From the IMG/VR virus record IMGVR_UViG_2925897562_000001: a DNA stretch of 64,000 nucleotides. One strand, 5' to 3'. Positions 55,305 through 64,000 of the stretch are shown here, piece after piece; the stretch's first letter is position 1; the number at the start of each line of letters is the position of its first letter. Both the position numbers and the translations under genes were made by a program. The notes under the pieces were generated by a model. The model was not told the DNA's origin and did not search any database. It was given only the letters and a program-made list of their open reading frames with translations. This DNA is from a virus (taxonomy: Duplodnaviria; Heunggongvirae; Uroviricota; Caudoviricetes).

Positions 55305-56189
55305 ATGCCGGAAGAAAGTAAAGGCTTCCTTAGCGTTGAAGAAGTTGCAGGAAATACAGGAGAAATCCACAGCCTGAAGCCCAATAACAACAGCACTATA
55401 CAACCCATCGCTTTGTTGCGTTTAGGTGTGTTTGTGCCAACCTTAAAATCTACCAATGTGGCGCTACGTCGCGGATCGTCAGTTACAACAAACACAACGA
55501 ACGCAACTGAAGAACTATCAAGCCTCAAAATTGTTGAGCAGGAAGGCTATGAGGGAATTGAAATTCATGGTCCACGCCTGGATATGGATACTGATTTTAA
55601 GGTGTGGGTGGGCATAACCTCCGCGTTGTTTGACTATGCACCTGATGATGACGGTATAATCACCCTGCCATTCTCCGAGTTTGCCGATCGATGCGGCTAT
55701 CCACGTAAGCGTCTTTCAAAGGCGTTCCGTAAAAGTATTGATGACTCTCTGACACGCATTCAGCAGACAGTTGTCAAATTCCGCTTCCCGGCGGCAAAAG
55801 GTCATCTCAATAACATTAACGTCAACTTGTTGGCATATAGCAGCCTGAATACCGAGCTTGATGTTATCGAGATCCAGCCGCAGAAACAGCTATCTGAACT
55901 TTACTATGTTGACTATAAGCGAATCCTGAAGCTGAAGATGCTGGATAAACTAGGGCGCAAAGAGACAGCCAAGGTACTGTATACATTCTTTGAGGCTCTA
56001 CCCGCCAACCCGGCACCTGTCAGCATTGAGCGCCTTAGAGCGAGGCTTAATCTCAAATCATCCGTTAGCGTGCAAAATAGCGTTATCAGAAAAGCCATGA
56101 AAGATTTGGAAGCTATTGAATATCTTAAATTTTCAGAGATAAAAAACGGCAGGAAAATCGGCTTCCAGATCCATAAGCGCAATCCATAA
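55305..56189 (+). CDS. repA: RepA iteron-binding replication initiator
   Basis: 294 aa from ATG 55305; TIQPIALLRLGVFVP and GPRLDMDTDFKVW, which I recall as conserved in P1 RepA; flanked by iterons on both sides. Confidence 0.8.
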   Translation: MPEESKGFLSVEEVAGNTGEIHSLKPNNNSTIQPIALLRLGVFVPTLKSTNVALRRGSSVTTNTTNATEELSSLKIVEQEGYEGIEIHGPRLDMDTDFKVWVGITSALFDYAPDDDGIITLPFSEFADRCGYPRKRLSKAFRKSIDDSLTRIQQTVVKFRFPAAKGHLNNINVNLLAYSSLNTELDVIEIQPQKQLSELYYVDYKRILKLKMLDKLGRKETAKVLYTFFEALPANPAPVSIERLRARLNLKSSVSVQNSVIRKAMKDLEAIEYLKFSEIKNGRKIGFQIHKRNP

Positions 56190-56191
56190 TA

Positions 56192-56446
56192 TTGACTATA
56201 TGCGATAGCGAGAAGTTGACTATAGGCGACATTCGTTGACGCTGGTGGATTTTTGCTGGCGTCAATATTCTGCAAGTCGCTATTGAGATGGCTTTTAGGC
56301 CCATTTCATCGCGTATAGTCAACGTTTCTCCCGACAATATCTTACATAGTCGATCTTTGGTGGAGTTAAATCGACTACAGTCAACTTTTGACTGTAGTCA
56401 CATCGCGCATAGTCAACTATTCACATTAACCTTCGCGCATAGTCAA
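56192..56446. repeat. incA-type iteron array downstream of repA (about nine copies, both orientations)
   Basis: TTGACTATATGCGA, TTGACTATAGGCGAC, then inverted CGCGTATAGTCAA, CGACTACAGTCAA, TTGACTGTAGTCA, CGCGCATAGTCAA x2. Confidence 0.75.
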
Positions 56447-56481
56447 CATTTGCGCGACTCTCATCAAGCAGTGGTATTGAT

Positions 56482-57291
56482 ATGCAAGAAGAGAAACAAC
56501 ACTACCTCTACGTTCTGGTGCCAGAGAACGGAGATACTTTTAAAATCGGCATTTCATGTGGTCCATTGGCACGGTTTAAAGGGCTACAAGTGAGTCCCGA
56601 TTTTGCGCTTTCACGGGTCTATCGTGGTACGCGTTTGGCAATGGTTAATCTTGAGCGGGCTTTACACGCAACCTTTTTCCCCTGGAATGCGCCGTGGGAG
56701 AAAAGCGCCGGTGGCGGGCATACTGAATGGTTTACACGAGAGTGTCTTGATAAGGTTTTGGCTCATATCGAATATCTAAATGATATGTGGGGAGGGATTC
56801 TCGAGCGCATCAAGTCGAATGATTTACTTCAGCGTCCAGTAGATGCTGCTTGCTCTTTCGAAAAAGAGCTGGATGTTACTTCTATCGTGACTTTCAAAGA
56901 TGACGCAGGAATGAGGGACGTGGCTTATGTCTCCATATCTGGCTATGAACCGGACGCGATCCGCGCTCAATGTGAATTGCTGAAAGCAATGTTTATGCTT
57001 CGGACTAAATATCCCTGGGAGACAGGGCGGGTGTGCTTCCCTATGGAAGAGTTAACCGCCACCATTGATTCCCAGCTTTACCACGATAATCCAGAGAAGT
57101 TTTTTAGCCTTTTAGCCGGTAATGGGCTTAACTGTGTGTCCGGGCTGGGGCGAAGTAGAATCCAACATGCCTCGCTCTTCGGTCCCTTCTTTTACGATCG
57201 ACACGGGTACTTTGAGGCTGAACTTCCGGCGCTTACGCGTGCTATAGATACTATCGATTTCGAACGATTATTCGCTGCTCTTAGCAAATAA
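56482..57291 (+). CDS. T5orf172 (GIY-YIG-like) domain protein
   Basis: 269 aa; N-terminal YLYVLVPENGDTFKIGIS...RFKGLQ...LERALHATF...GGGHTEWF fits the T5orf172 signature; ~170-aa C-terminal region unassigned. Confidence 0.6.
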   Translation: MQEEKQHYLYVLVPENGDTFKIGISCGPLARFKGLQVSPDFALSRVYRGTRLAMVNLERALHATFFPWNAPWEKSAGGGHTEWFTRECLDKVLAHIEYLNDMWGGILERIKSNDLLQRPVDAACSFEKELDVTSIVTFKDDAGMRDVAYVSISGYEPDAIRAQCELLKAMFMLRTKYPWETGRVCFPMEELTATIDSQLYHDNPEKFFSLLAGNGLNCVSGLGRSRIQHASLFGPFFYDRHGYFEAELPALTRAIDTIDFERLFAALSK

Positions 57292-57298
57292 CACTGAT

Positions 57299-57320
57299 GC
57301 CCCTGAACGGGGCTTTTTTG
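57299..57320 (+). terminator. intrinsic terminator after the T5orf172 gene
   Basis: GCCCC-TGAA-CGGGGC followed by T6. Confidence 0.6.
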
Positions 57321-57459
57321 TGCCCTCCTTGTAACTCTCAATCGTGCAAAATGAACCAAACATGCAGAGAATGCTATGTACAAGCATCTGTGCATACATT
57401 ATTATTTTATGCAGCATTTTTAAGTAAATTCAAAAATACAGCATAAAGGATGACTTTCG

Positions 57460-58656
57460 ATGAGTGATTCCAGCCAGCTTCACAAGGTTGCTCAAAGAGC
57501 AAACAGAATGCTCAATGTTCTGACTGAACAAGTACAGTTGCAAAAGGATGAGCTACACGCGAACGAGTTTTACCAGGTCTATGCGAAAGCGGCACTGGCA
57601 AAATTGCCTCTACTGACTCGAGCGAACGTTGACTATGCCGTAAGTGAAATGGAAGAAAAGGGTTATGTTTTCGATAAACGCCCTGCTGGCTCTTCAATGA
57701 AATATGCGATGTCAATTCAGAACATCATTGACATATATGAACATCGCGGAGTGCCAAAATACCGGGATCGCTACAGCGAAGCGTATGTGATTTTCATCTC
57801 CAATCTTAAAGGCGGTGTGTCAAAAACTGTATCGACGGTTTCTCTGGCGCATGCAATGCGTGCCCACCCTCATCTTCTGATGGAAGATTTAAGGATTCTG
57901 GTTATTGACCTTGATCCGCAATCTTCAGCGACGATGTTTTTAAGCCATAAACACTCTATTGGTATCGTAAACGCAACATCTGCACAGGCTATGTTGCAGA
58001 ATGTAAGCCGTGAAGAGCTGTTAGAGGAGTTTATTGTTCCTTCTGTTGTACCTGGGGTTGACGTTATGCCTGCGTCGATTGACGATGCCTTTATTGCATC
58101 CGATTGGAGAGAGCTGTGCAATGAGCATCTACCGGGTCAGAACATCCATGCTGTCCTGAAAGAAAATGTGATTGATAAGCTGAAGAGCGATTATGACTTT
58201 ATCCTCGTTGATAGTGGTCCTCACCTTGATGCCTTCCTGAAAAATGCTTTGGCCTCGGCCAATATACTGTTTACACCTCTGCCGCCAGCAACTGTCGATT
58301 TCCATTCATCGCTTAAATACGTTGCCCGCCTTCCTGAGTTGGTAAAACTCATTTCGGATGAAGGCTGCGAGTGCCAGCTTGCGACTAACATTGGTTTTAT
58401 GTCCAAGTTGAGTAACAAGGCAGATCATAAGTATTGCCATAGCCTGGCTAAAGAAGTGTTCGGTGGGGATATGCTCGATGTCGTCCTCCCTCGCCTTGAC
58501 GGTTTTGAACGCTGCGGCGAGTCTTTTGACACTGTTATTTCAGCTAACCCGGCAACGTATGTTGGTAGTGCTGATGCATTGAAGAACGCGCGAATTGCCG
58601 CGGAAGATTTTGCTAAAGCAGTTTTTGACCGTATTGAATTTATCAGATCTAACTGA
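57460..58656 (+). CDS. parA: ParA partition ATPase
   Basis: 398 aa; deviant Walker A NLKGGVSKT; N-terminal HTH extension typical of type Ia ParA. Confidence 0.95.
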   Translation: MSDSSQLHKVAQRANRMLNVLTEQVQLQKDELHANEFYQVYAKAALAKLPLLTRANVDYAVSEMEEKGYVFDKRPAGSSMKYAMSIQNIIDIYEHRGVPKYRDRYSEAYVIFISNLKGGVSKTVSTVSLAHAMRAHPHLLMEDLRILVIDLDPQSSATMFLSHKHSIGIVNATSAQAMLQNVSREELLEEFIVPSVVPGVDVMPASIDDAFIASDWRELCNEHLPGQNIHAVLKENVIDKLKSDYDFILVDSGPHLDAFLKNALASANILFTPLPPATVDFHSSLKYVARLPELVKLISDEGCECQLATNIGFMSKLSNKADHKYCHSLAKEVFGGDMLDVVLPRLDGFERCGESFDTVISANPATYVGSADALKNARIAAEDFAKAVFDRIEFIRSN

Positions 58657-58672
58657 GGAGTAAGAAACCCCC

Positions 58673-59674
58673 ATGTCAAAGAAAAACAGACCAACAATTG
58701 GGCGAACCCTTAATCCTTCAATATTAAGCGGATTTGATAGTTCTTCAGCCTCTGGCGATCGAGTCGAGCAGGTATTCAAGTTATCAACAGGTCGCCAGGC
58801 CACATTTATTGAAGAGGTAATACCTCCGAATCAGGTAGAAAGCGATACCTTTGTTGATCAGCATAACAATGGTCGTGACCAGGCATCTCTTACGCCAAAA
58901 TCATTAAAAAGTATCCGAAGCACTATTAAGCATCAGCAATTTTACCCTGCAATAGGTGTTAGACGGGCTACAGGGAAAATTGAAATTTTGGATGGTTCCC
59001 GGCGTCGAGCTTCTGCCATCTTAGAGAACGTAGGGTTGCGGGTTTTAGTCACGGACCAGGAGATCAGCGTTCAGGAAGCGCAAAATTTAGCGAAAGACGT
59101 TCAGACAGCATTGCAGCACAGCATTCGAGAAATAGGTCTGCGTTTGATGCGAATGAAAAATGATGGGATGAGTCAGAAGGATATTGCAGCCAAAGAAGGG
59201 CTATCTCAGGCGAAGGTCACGCGTGCTCTCCAGGCAGCGAGTGCTCCGGAAGAATTAGTCGCCCTTTTCCCTGTGCAGTCGGAATTGACCTTTTCGGACT
59301 ACAAAACGCTTTGTGCTGTTGGCGACGAAATGGGGAACAAGAATTTAGAGTTTGATCAGCTTATTCAAAACATATCCCCGGAAATAAACGACATCTTATC
59401 CATTGAAGAAATGGCCGAAGATGAAGTTAAAAATAAAATCCTGCGCTTGATAACAAAGGAAGCCTCACTACTCACGGATAAAGGTTCTAAAGATAAGTCC
59501 GTAGTTACTGAATTATGGAAATTTGAGGACAAGGATCGCTTTGCAAGGAAGCGCGTGAAAGGCCGTGCATTTTCTTATGAGTTTAATCGACTTTCAAAAG
59601 AGTTACAGGAAGAACTCGACAGGATGATTGGGCATATCCTTAGAAAGAGCCTCGATAAAAAGCCGAAGCCTTAA
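58673..59674 (+). CDS. parB: ParB centromere-binding protein
   Basis: 333 aa; immediately followed by parS. Confidence 0.95.
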   Translation: MSKKNRPTIGRTLNPSILSGFDSSSASGDRVEQVFKLSTGRQATFIEEVIPPNQVESDTFVDQHNNGRDQASLTPKSLKSIRSTIKHQQFYPAIGVRRATGKIEILDGSRRRASAILENVGLRVLVTDQEISVQEAQNLAKDVQTALQHSIREIGLRLMRMKNDGMSQKDIAAKEGLSQAKVTRALQAASAPEELVALFPVQSELTFSDYKTLCAVGDEMGNKNLEFDQLIQNISPEINDILSIEEMAEDEVKNKILRLITKEASLLTDKGSKDKSVVTELWKFEDKDRFARKRVKGRAFSYEFNRLSKELQEELDRMIGHILRKSLDKKPKP

Positions 59675-59678
59675 ACTT

Positions 59679-59763
59679 TCGCCATTCAAATTTCACTATT
59701 AACCTACTGTTTTTAAAGTAAATCTCTCTAAAATTTCAAGGTGAAATCGCCACGATTTCACCT
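59679..59763. other. parS centromere
   Basis: box B TCGCCA and box A ATTTCAC heptamers on both sides of an A/T-rich IHF-like core (TCGCCATTCAAATTTCAC...GTGAAATCGCCACGATTTCAC). Confidence 0.85.
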
Positions 59764-59829
59764 TGGATTTTACCTTCCTCCCCTACTCCCGAAAAAAATA
59801 AAAAAATTGCTTGTCACGAGAAAGTCAAC

Positions 59830-59848
59830 AAGTGACTTTCAATAAAAT
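59830..59848 (+). promoter_or_regulatory. candidate late promoter of head gene (AAGTGACTTT box plus TAAAAT)
   Basis: about 50 nt upstream of the TTG start at 59900. Confidence 0.35.
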
Positions 59849-59899
59849 CTCTTCCGAAAAGGGATTCACACAAGTGCCTTGTGTTTAAGGAAGAGTAAA

Positions 59900-61606
59900 T
59901 TGAGTAACTTACGCGAATACCAGAATCGTATTGCAGATATCGCAAAACGCTCTAAAGCTGTGCTTGGCTGGGCAAGCACTGCGCAGTTCGGTACTGATAA
60001 CCAATTCATTAAAGATGATGCCGCGCGTGCCGCATCTATCCTTGAAGCTGCACGTAAAGACCCGGTTTTTGCGGGTATCTCTGATAATGCCACCGCTCAA
60101 ATCGCTACAGCGTGGGCAAGTGCACTGGCTGACTACGCCGCAGCACATAAATCTATGCCGCGTCCGGAAATTCTGGCCTCCTGCCACCAGACGCTGGAAA
60201 ACTGCCTGATTGAGTCCACCCGCAATAGCATGGATGCCACTAATAAAGCGATGCTGGAATCCGTCGCAGCAGAGATGATGAGCGTTTCTGACGGTGTTAT
60301 GCGTCTGCCTTTATTCCTCGCGATGATCCTGCCTGTTCAGTTGGGGGCAGCTACCGCTGATGCGTGTACCTTCATTCCGGTTACGCGTGACCAGTCCGAC
60401 ATCTATGAAGTCTTTAACGTGGCAGGTTCCTCTTTTGGTTCTTATGCTGCTGGTGATGTTCTGGACATGCAATCCGTCGGTGTGTACAGCCAGTTACGCC
60501 GCCGCTATGTGCTGGTGGCAAGCTCCGATGGCACCAGCAAAACCGCAACCTTCAAGATGGAAGACTTCGAAGGCCAGAATGTACCAATCCGAAAATGTCG
60601 CACTAATATCTACGTTAACCGTATTAAGTCTGTTGTTGATAACGGTTCCGGCAGCCTACTTCACTCGTTTACTAATGCTGCTGGTGAGCAAATCACTGTT
60701 ACCTGCTCTCTGAACTACAACATTGGTCAGATTGCCCTGTCGTTCTCCAAAGCGCCGGATAAAGGCACTGAGATCGCAATTGAGACGGAAATCAATATTG
60801 AAGCCGCTCCTGAGCTGATCCCGCTGATCAACCACGAAATGAAGAAATACACCCTGTTCCCAAGCCAGTTCGTTATCGCGGCTGAGCACACGGTACAGGC
60901 GGCGTATGAAGCACAGCGTGAATTTGGTCTGGACCTGGGTTCCCTACAGTTCCGCACCCTGAAGGAATACCTGTCTCATGAACAGGATATGCTGCGTCTT
61001 CGCATCATGATCTGGCGTACTCTTGCGACCGACACCTTTGACATCGCTCTGCCGGTTAACCAGTCCTTTGATGTATGGGCAACCATCATTCGTGGCAAAT
61101 TCCAGACTGTATATCGCGACATTATTGAGCGCGTTAAATCTTCTGGTGCGATGGGGATGTTTGCTGGTGCTGATGCAGCATCTTTCTTCAAACAGTTGCC
61201 GAAGGATTTCTTCCAGCCAGCCGAAGACTATATCCAGACTCCGTATGTTCACTACATCGGTACCCTGTTCGGTAACGTGAAAGTGTACGAAGTACCTGCT
61301 GGTATTTGTAAGAACTTAACGACAGAGAACATTCAGTTCAGCTCGATGGATGTGCTGTGCTACGTCCGTGATGAAAATCCGGGTAAAGCAGGCTTCGTGA
61401 CTGGTGATGCTGTCCCGGCCATCCCGTTCCAGCATCCGACCACTCCGGCGCTGGTCAACCGTACCACGCTGTGGGGTTCGGCTATCAACGATATGCACCC
61501 ACGCAACGGCGCTGATTACTTCACTCGTGTAACGCTGACAATGGCCAAAAAAGGCGGGCTTAACTTCATTAGCGGCGACACGATTGATGCCGGTGACTCT
61601 GAGTAA
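59900..61606 (+). CDS. putative major head protein (gp23-like)
   Basis: 568 aa from TTG 59900 with SD AAGGAAGAG; position next to parS. Confidence 0.5.
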   Translation: MSNLREYQNRIADIAKRSKAVLGWASTAQFGTDNQFIKDDAARAASILEAARKDPVFAGISDNATAQIATAWASALADYAAAHKSMPRPEILASCHQTLENCLIESTRNSMDATNKAMLESVAAEMMSVSDGVMRLPLFLAMILPVQLGAATADACTFIPVTRDQSDIYEVFNVAGSSFGSYAAGDVLDMQSVGVYSQLRRRYVLVASSDGTSKTATFKMEDFEGQNVPIRKCRTNIYVNRIKSVVDNGSGSLLHSFTNAAGEQITVTCSLNYNIGQIALSFSKAPDKGTEIAIETEINIEAAPELIPLINHEMKKYTLFPSQFVIAAEHTVQAAYEAQREFGLDLGSLQFRTLKEYLSHEQDMLRLRIMIWRTLATDTFDIALPVNQSFDVWATIIRGKFQTVYRDIIERVKSSGAMGMFAGADAASFFKQLPKDFFQPAEDYIQTPYVHYIGTLFGNVKVYEVPAGICKNLTTENIQFSSMDVLCYVRDENPGKAGFVTGDAVPAIPFQHPTTPALVNRTTLWGSAINDMHPRNGADYFTRVTLTMAKKGGLNFISGDTIDAGDSE

Positions 61607-61666
61607 TCAGGGGAAGTTCTCCGTTTAACATAGCGCCCCCGTGCGGGGCGCATAACAGGGAAAGTT

Positions 61667-63256
61667 ATGTCTCAATATTCAATTCAACAGTCATTAGGTA
61701 ATGCATCCGGCGTCGCGGTTAGCCCGATCAATGCCGATGCGACGTTATCTACCGGTGTTGCATTAAATAGCAGCTTATGGGCTGGTATTGGCGTATTTGC
61801 GCGTGGCAAGCCGTTTACTGTTCTTGCGGTTACTGAGTCCAATTACGAAGATGTTCTCGGCGAACCGCTGAAGCCGTCTTCCGGCTCACAGTTCGAACCA
61901 ATTCGCCATGTATACGAAGCTATTCAGCAAACGTCTGGTTATGTTGTTCGCGCTGTTCCGGATGATGCGAAGTTCCCGATTATTATGTTCGATGAATCAG
62001 GCGAACCGGCTTACAGTGCGTTGCCATACGGTTCTGAAATTGAACTTGATAGTGGCGAAGCCTTTGCTATCTACGTTGATGATGGTGATCCGTGTATTTC
62101 ACCTACCCGTGAGTTAACCATCGAAACGGCAACAGCGGACAGCGCGGGTAATGAACGCTTCCTCTTAAAACTGACCCAGACGACTTCGCTCGGCGTGGTA
62201 ACGACCCTGGAGACACACACTGTGTCTTTGGCGGAAGAAGCGAAAGATGACATGGGCCGCTTGTGTTATCTGCCTACGGCTCTGGAAGCCCGTTCTAAAT
62301 ATCTGCGCGCGGTTGTTAATGAAGAGCTGATTTCGACAGCGAAAGTAACAAACAAAAAATCGTTGGCGTTCACTGGCGGTACCAACGGCGATCAGTCGAA
62401 AATCTCAACCGCTGCGTACCTGCGTGCGGTTAAAGTGCTGAATAATGCGCCGTACATGTACACCGCTGTTCTTGGCTTGGGCTGCTATGACAATGCGGCT
62501 ATCACCGCATTAGGTAAAATCTGTGCAGATCGCCTGATTGATGGCTTCTTTGATGTCAAACCGACATTGACGTACACGGAAGCGATCTCTGCTGTTGAAG
62601 ATACCGGTTTACTTGGTACCGATTATGTAAGCTGTGCTGTCTATCACTACCCGTTCTCCTGCAAAGACAAATGGACCCAATCCCGTGTGGTCTTTGGTCT
62701 GTCTGGCGTGGCGTATGCGGCGAAAGCTCGTGGCGTCAAGAAAAACTCTGATGTCGGCGGTTGGCATTACTCACCGGCTGGTGAAGAACGTGCCGTCATT
62801 GCTCGTGCGTCAATTCAACCGCTGTATCCGGAAGATACCCCGGACGAAGAAGCAATGGTCAAGGGCCGTCTCAATAAAGTATCTGTTGGCACCTCTGGCC
62901 AGATGATCATCGACGATGCTTTAACTTGCTGCACGCAGGATAACTATCTGCACTTCCAGCACGTCCCATCCCTGATGAATGCAATCAGCCGTTTCTTTGT
63001 CCAGTTAGCCCGACAGATGAAGCATAGCCCGGACGGTATTACTGCGGCTGGCCTGACTAAAGGGATGACCAAACTTTTAGATCGCTTTGTCGCCTCCGGC
63101 GCTCTGGTGGCTCCTCGTGATCCTGATGCTGACGGTACAGAACCGTATGTGCTGAAAGTTACGCAGGCGGAATTCGATAAATGGGAAGTAGTCTGGGCCT
63201 GCTGCCCGACTGGCGTAGCCCGTCGTATCCAGGGCGTACCGCTGCTTATTAAGTAA
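61667..63256 (+). CDS. putative tail sheath protein (gp22-like)
   Basis: 529 aa, ATG 61667 with SD AGGGAAAG; size fits a contractile-tail sheath; assignment by synteny only. Confidence 0.45.
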   Translation: MSQYSIQQSLGNASGVAVSPINADATLSTGVALNSSLWAGIGVFARGKPFTVLAVTESNYEDVLGEPLKPSSGSQFEPIRHVYEAIQQTSGYVVRAVPDDAKFPIIMFDESGEPAYSALPYGSEIELDSGEAFAIYVDDGDPCISPTRELTIETATADSAGNERFLLKLTQTTSLGVVTTLETHTVSLAEEAKDDMGRLCYLPTALEARSKYLRAVVNEELISTAKVTNKKSLAFTGGTNGDQSKISTAAYLRAVKVLNNAPYMYTAVLGLGCYDNAAITALGKICADRLIDGFFDVKPTLTYTEAISAVEDTGLLGTDYVSCAVYHYPFSCKDKWTQSRVVFGLSGVAYAAKARGVKKNSDVGGWHYSPAGEERAVIARASIQPLYPEDTPDEEAMVKGRLNKVSVGTSGQMIIDDALTCCTQDNYLHFQHVPSLMNAISRFFVQLARQMKHSPDGITAAGLTKGMTKLLDRFVASGALVAPRDPDADGTEPYVLKVTQAEFDKWEVVWACCPTGVARRIQGVPLLIK

Positions 63257-63265
63257 GGGAATACA

Positions 63266-64000
63266 ATGAGCAAAAACTTTTTTCAATCCGGGGCATTTTT
63301 GGGGAATGGACTGTCTCGTTTCGCTTTGAACTCTGATCCTGTGCAGCTGATGGAGTCTGCCCGAGCAAGCGCTGAACCGCCAACAGATCCGGTTATTAAT
63401 AATAATCCGGAACCGGCGGCACAGACTAACGATAACGTTCCATCTGCCCAGGCTCCTGAGCAAATCCTGGAAGGGAAAGACGGTAAAGAATGGACCGTCG
63501 AACAGGCGCACCAGATGATTCTGGAAGCTGCAAATCGAAGTGCTATGCAAAATGCGTTGAGTGATGCGGCCGACGCCGTTTTCGCCTGGGCTGATAGCGG
63601 TGATCTGACTTTCGACTCCCTTGATGGTTTCGTTCAGGCTATCGCTGGTATCTCTGATGACGACGACTCCGAAGTTACAGAAGAACAGGACGATGCCTAT
63701 AACGAAGCATGGGCAAATGTTGCTGACTTCCTCGCAGCATGCGGTGTAGATGATGACCTGATCGAAGCACTGGCTGACGATGAAGACGACGACGCAGCTG
63801 CTGATGTTGGTGCCTCTATCGCTGGTTTAGATAGCGACGACCGCGACGAACTAGAAGCGGCGTTTGTTGTTGCTGGCACTTCTGATGAAATGCTGACTGA
63901 AGCATTTAAGAAGGTTGTTCGTAACGGTGAGATCAAACTCATCCGTAAACGCCTGCGTAAAAAACGTCTGACTGCGGCTCAAAAATCGGCGCTGAAAAAA
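63266..64000 (+). CDS. hypothetical acidic protein, partial (runs off window end)
   Basis: ATG 63266 with SD AAGGGA; own translation MSKNFFQSGAFLGNGLSRFALNSD... open to position 64000; Asp/Glu-rich with basic C-terminal stretch. Confidence 0.45.
   Translation, partial: MSKNFFQSGAFLGNGLSRFALNSDPVQLMESARASAEPPTDPVINNNPEPAAQTNDNVPSAQAPEQILEGKDGKEWTVEQAHQMILEAANRSAMQNALSDAADAVFAWADSGDLTFDSLDGFVQAIAGISDDDDSEVTEEQDDAYNEAWANVADFLAACGVDDDLIEALADDEDDDAAADVGASIAGLDSDDRDELEAAFVVAGTSDEMLTEAFKKVVRNGEIKLIRKRLRKKRLTAAQKSALKK

Overview
This 64-kb window is a P1-like temperate phage-plasmid segment, read in reverse relative to the usual P1 map. Backbone genes recognised directly from the translations: ssb, SAR endolysin lyz, pro/prt, the 2255-aa anti-restriction protein DarB with two small downstream genes, ref, cre with an exact loxP, coi-c1, pacB/pacA with the pac site, lpa, phd-doc, humD with a LexA box, hot, a long run of small pmg-type genes including the ppp phosphatase, six baseplate/tail genes, ban helicase, tRNA-Ile/Thr/Asn, plp, the bifunctional methyltransferase dmt, an RdgC homologue, an iteron replicon (oriR, repA), parA-parB-parS and head/sheath genes. 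About a dozen copies of the 17-bp C1 operator (ATTGCTCTAATAAATTT) are visible. Gene names marked '-like' are assigned by synteny and size from memory of the P1 map and are not verified by search. The strongest candidate for a non-backbone system is a 378-aa RelA/SpoT-synthetase-domain protein (CapRel-like fused toxSAS toxin-antitoxin) sitting, with a 213-aa unknown, in the slot where P1 carries mat-res-mod. Other variable content: a T5orf172/GIY-YIG-like protein between the repA iterons and parA, a GT-B glycosyltransferase at the end of the ban operon, about 1.4 kb of structured non-coding DNA around the tRNA genes with an extra tRNA(Ser)-like gene, and clusters of tiny basic or hydrophobic ORFs. 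No CRISPR array, rRNA or IS transposase was found, and Cre is the only recombinase.
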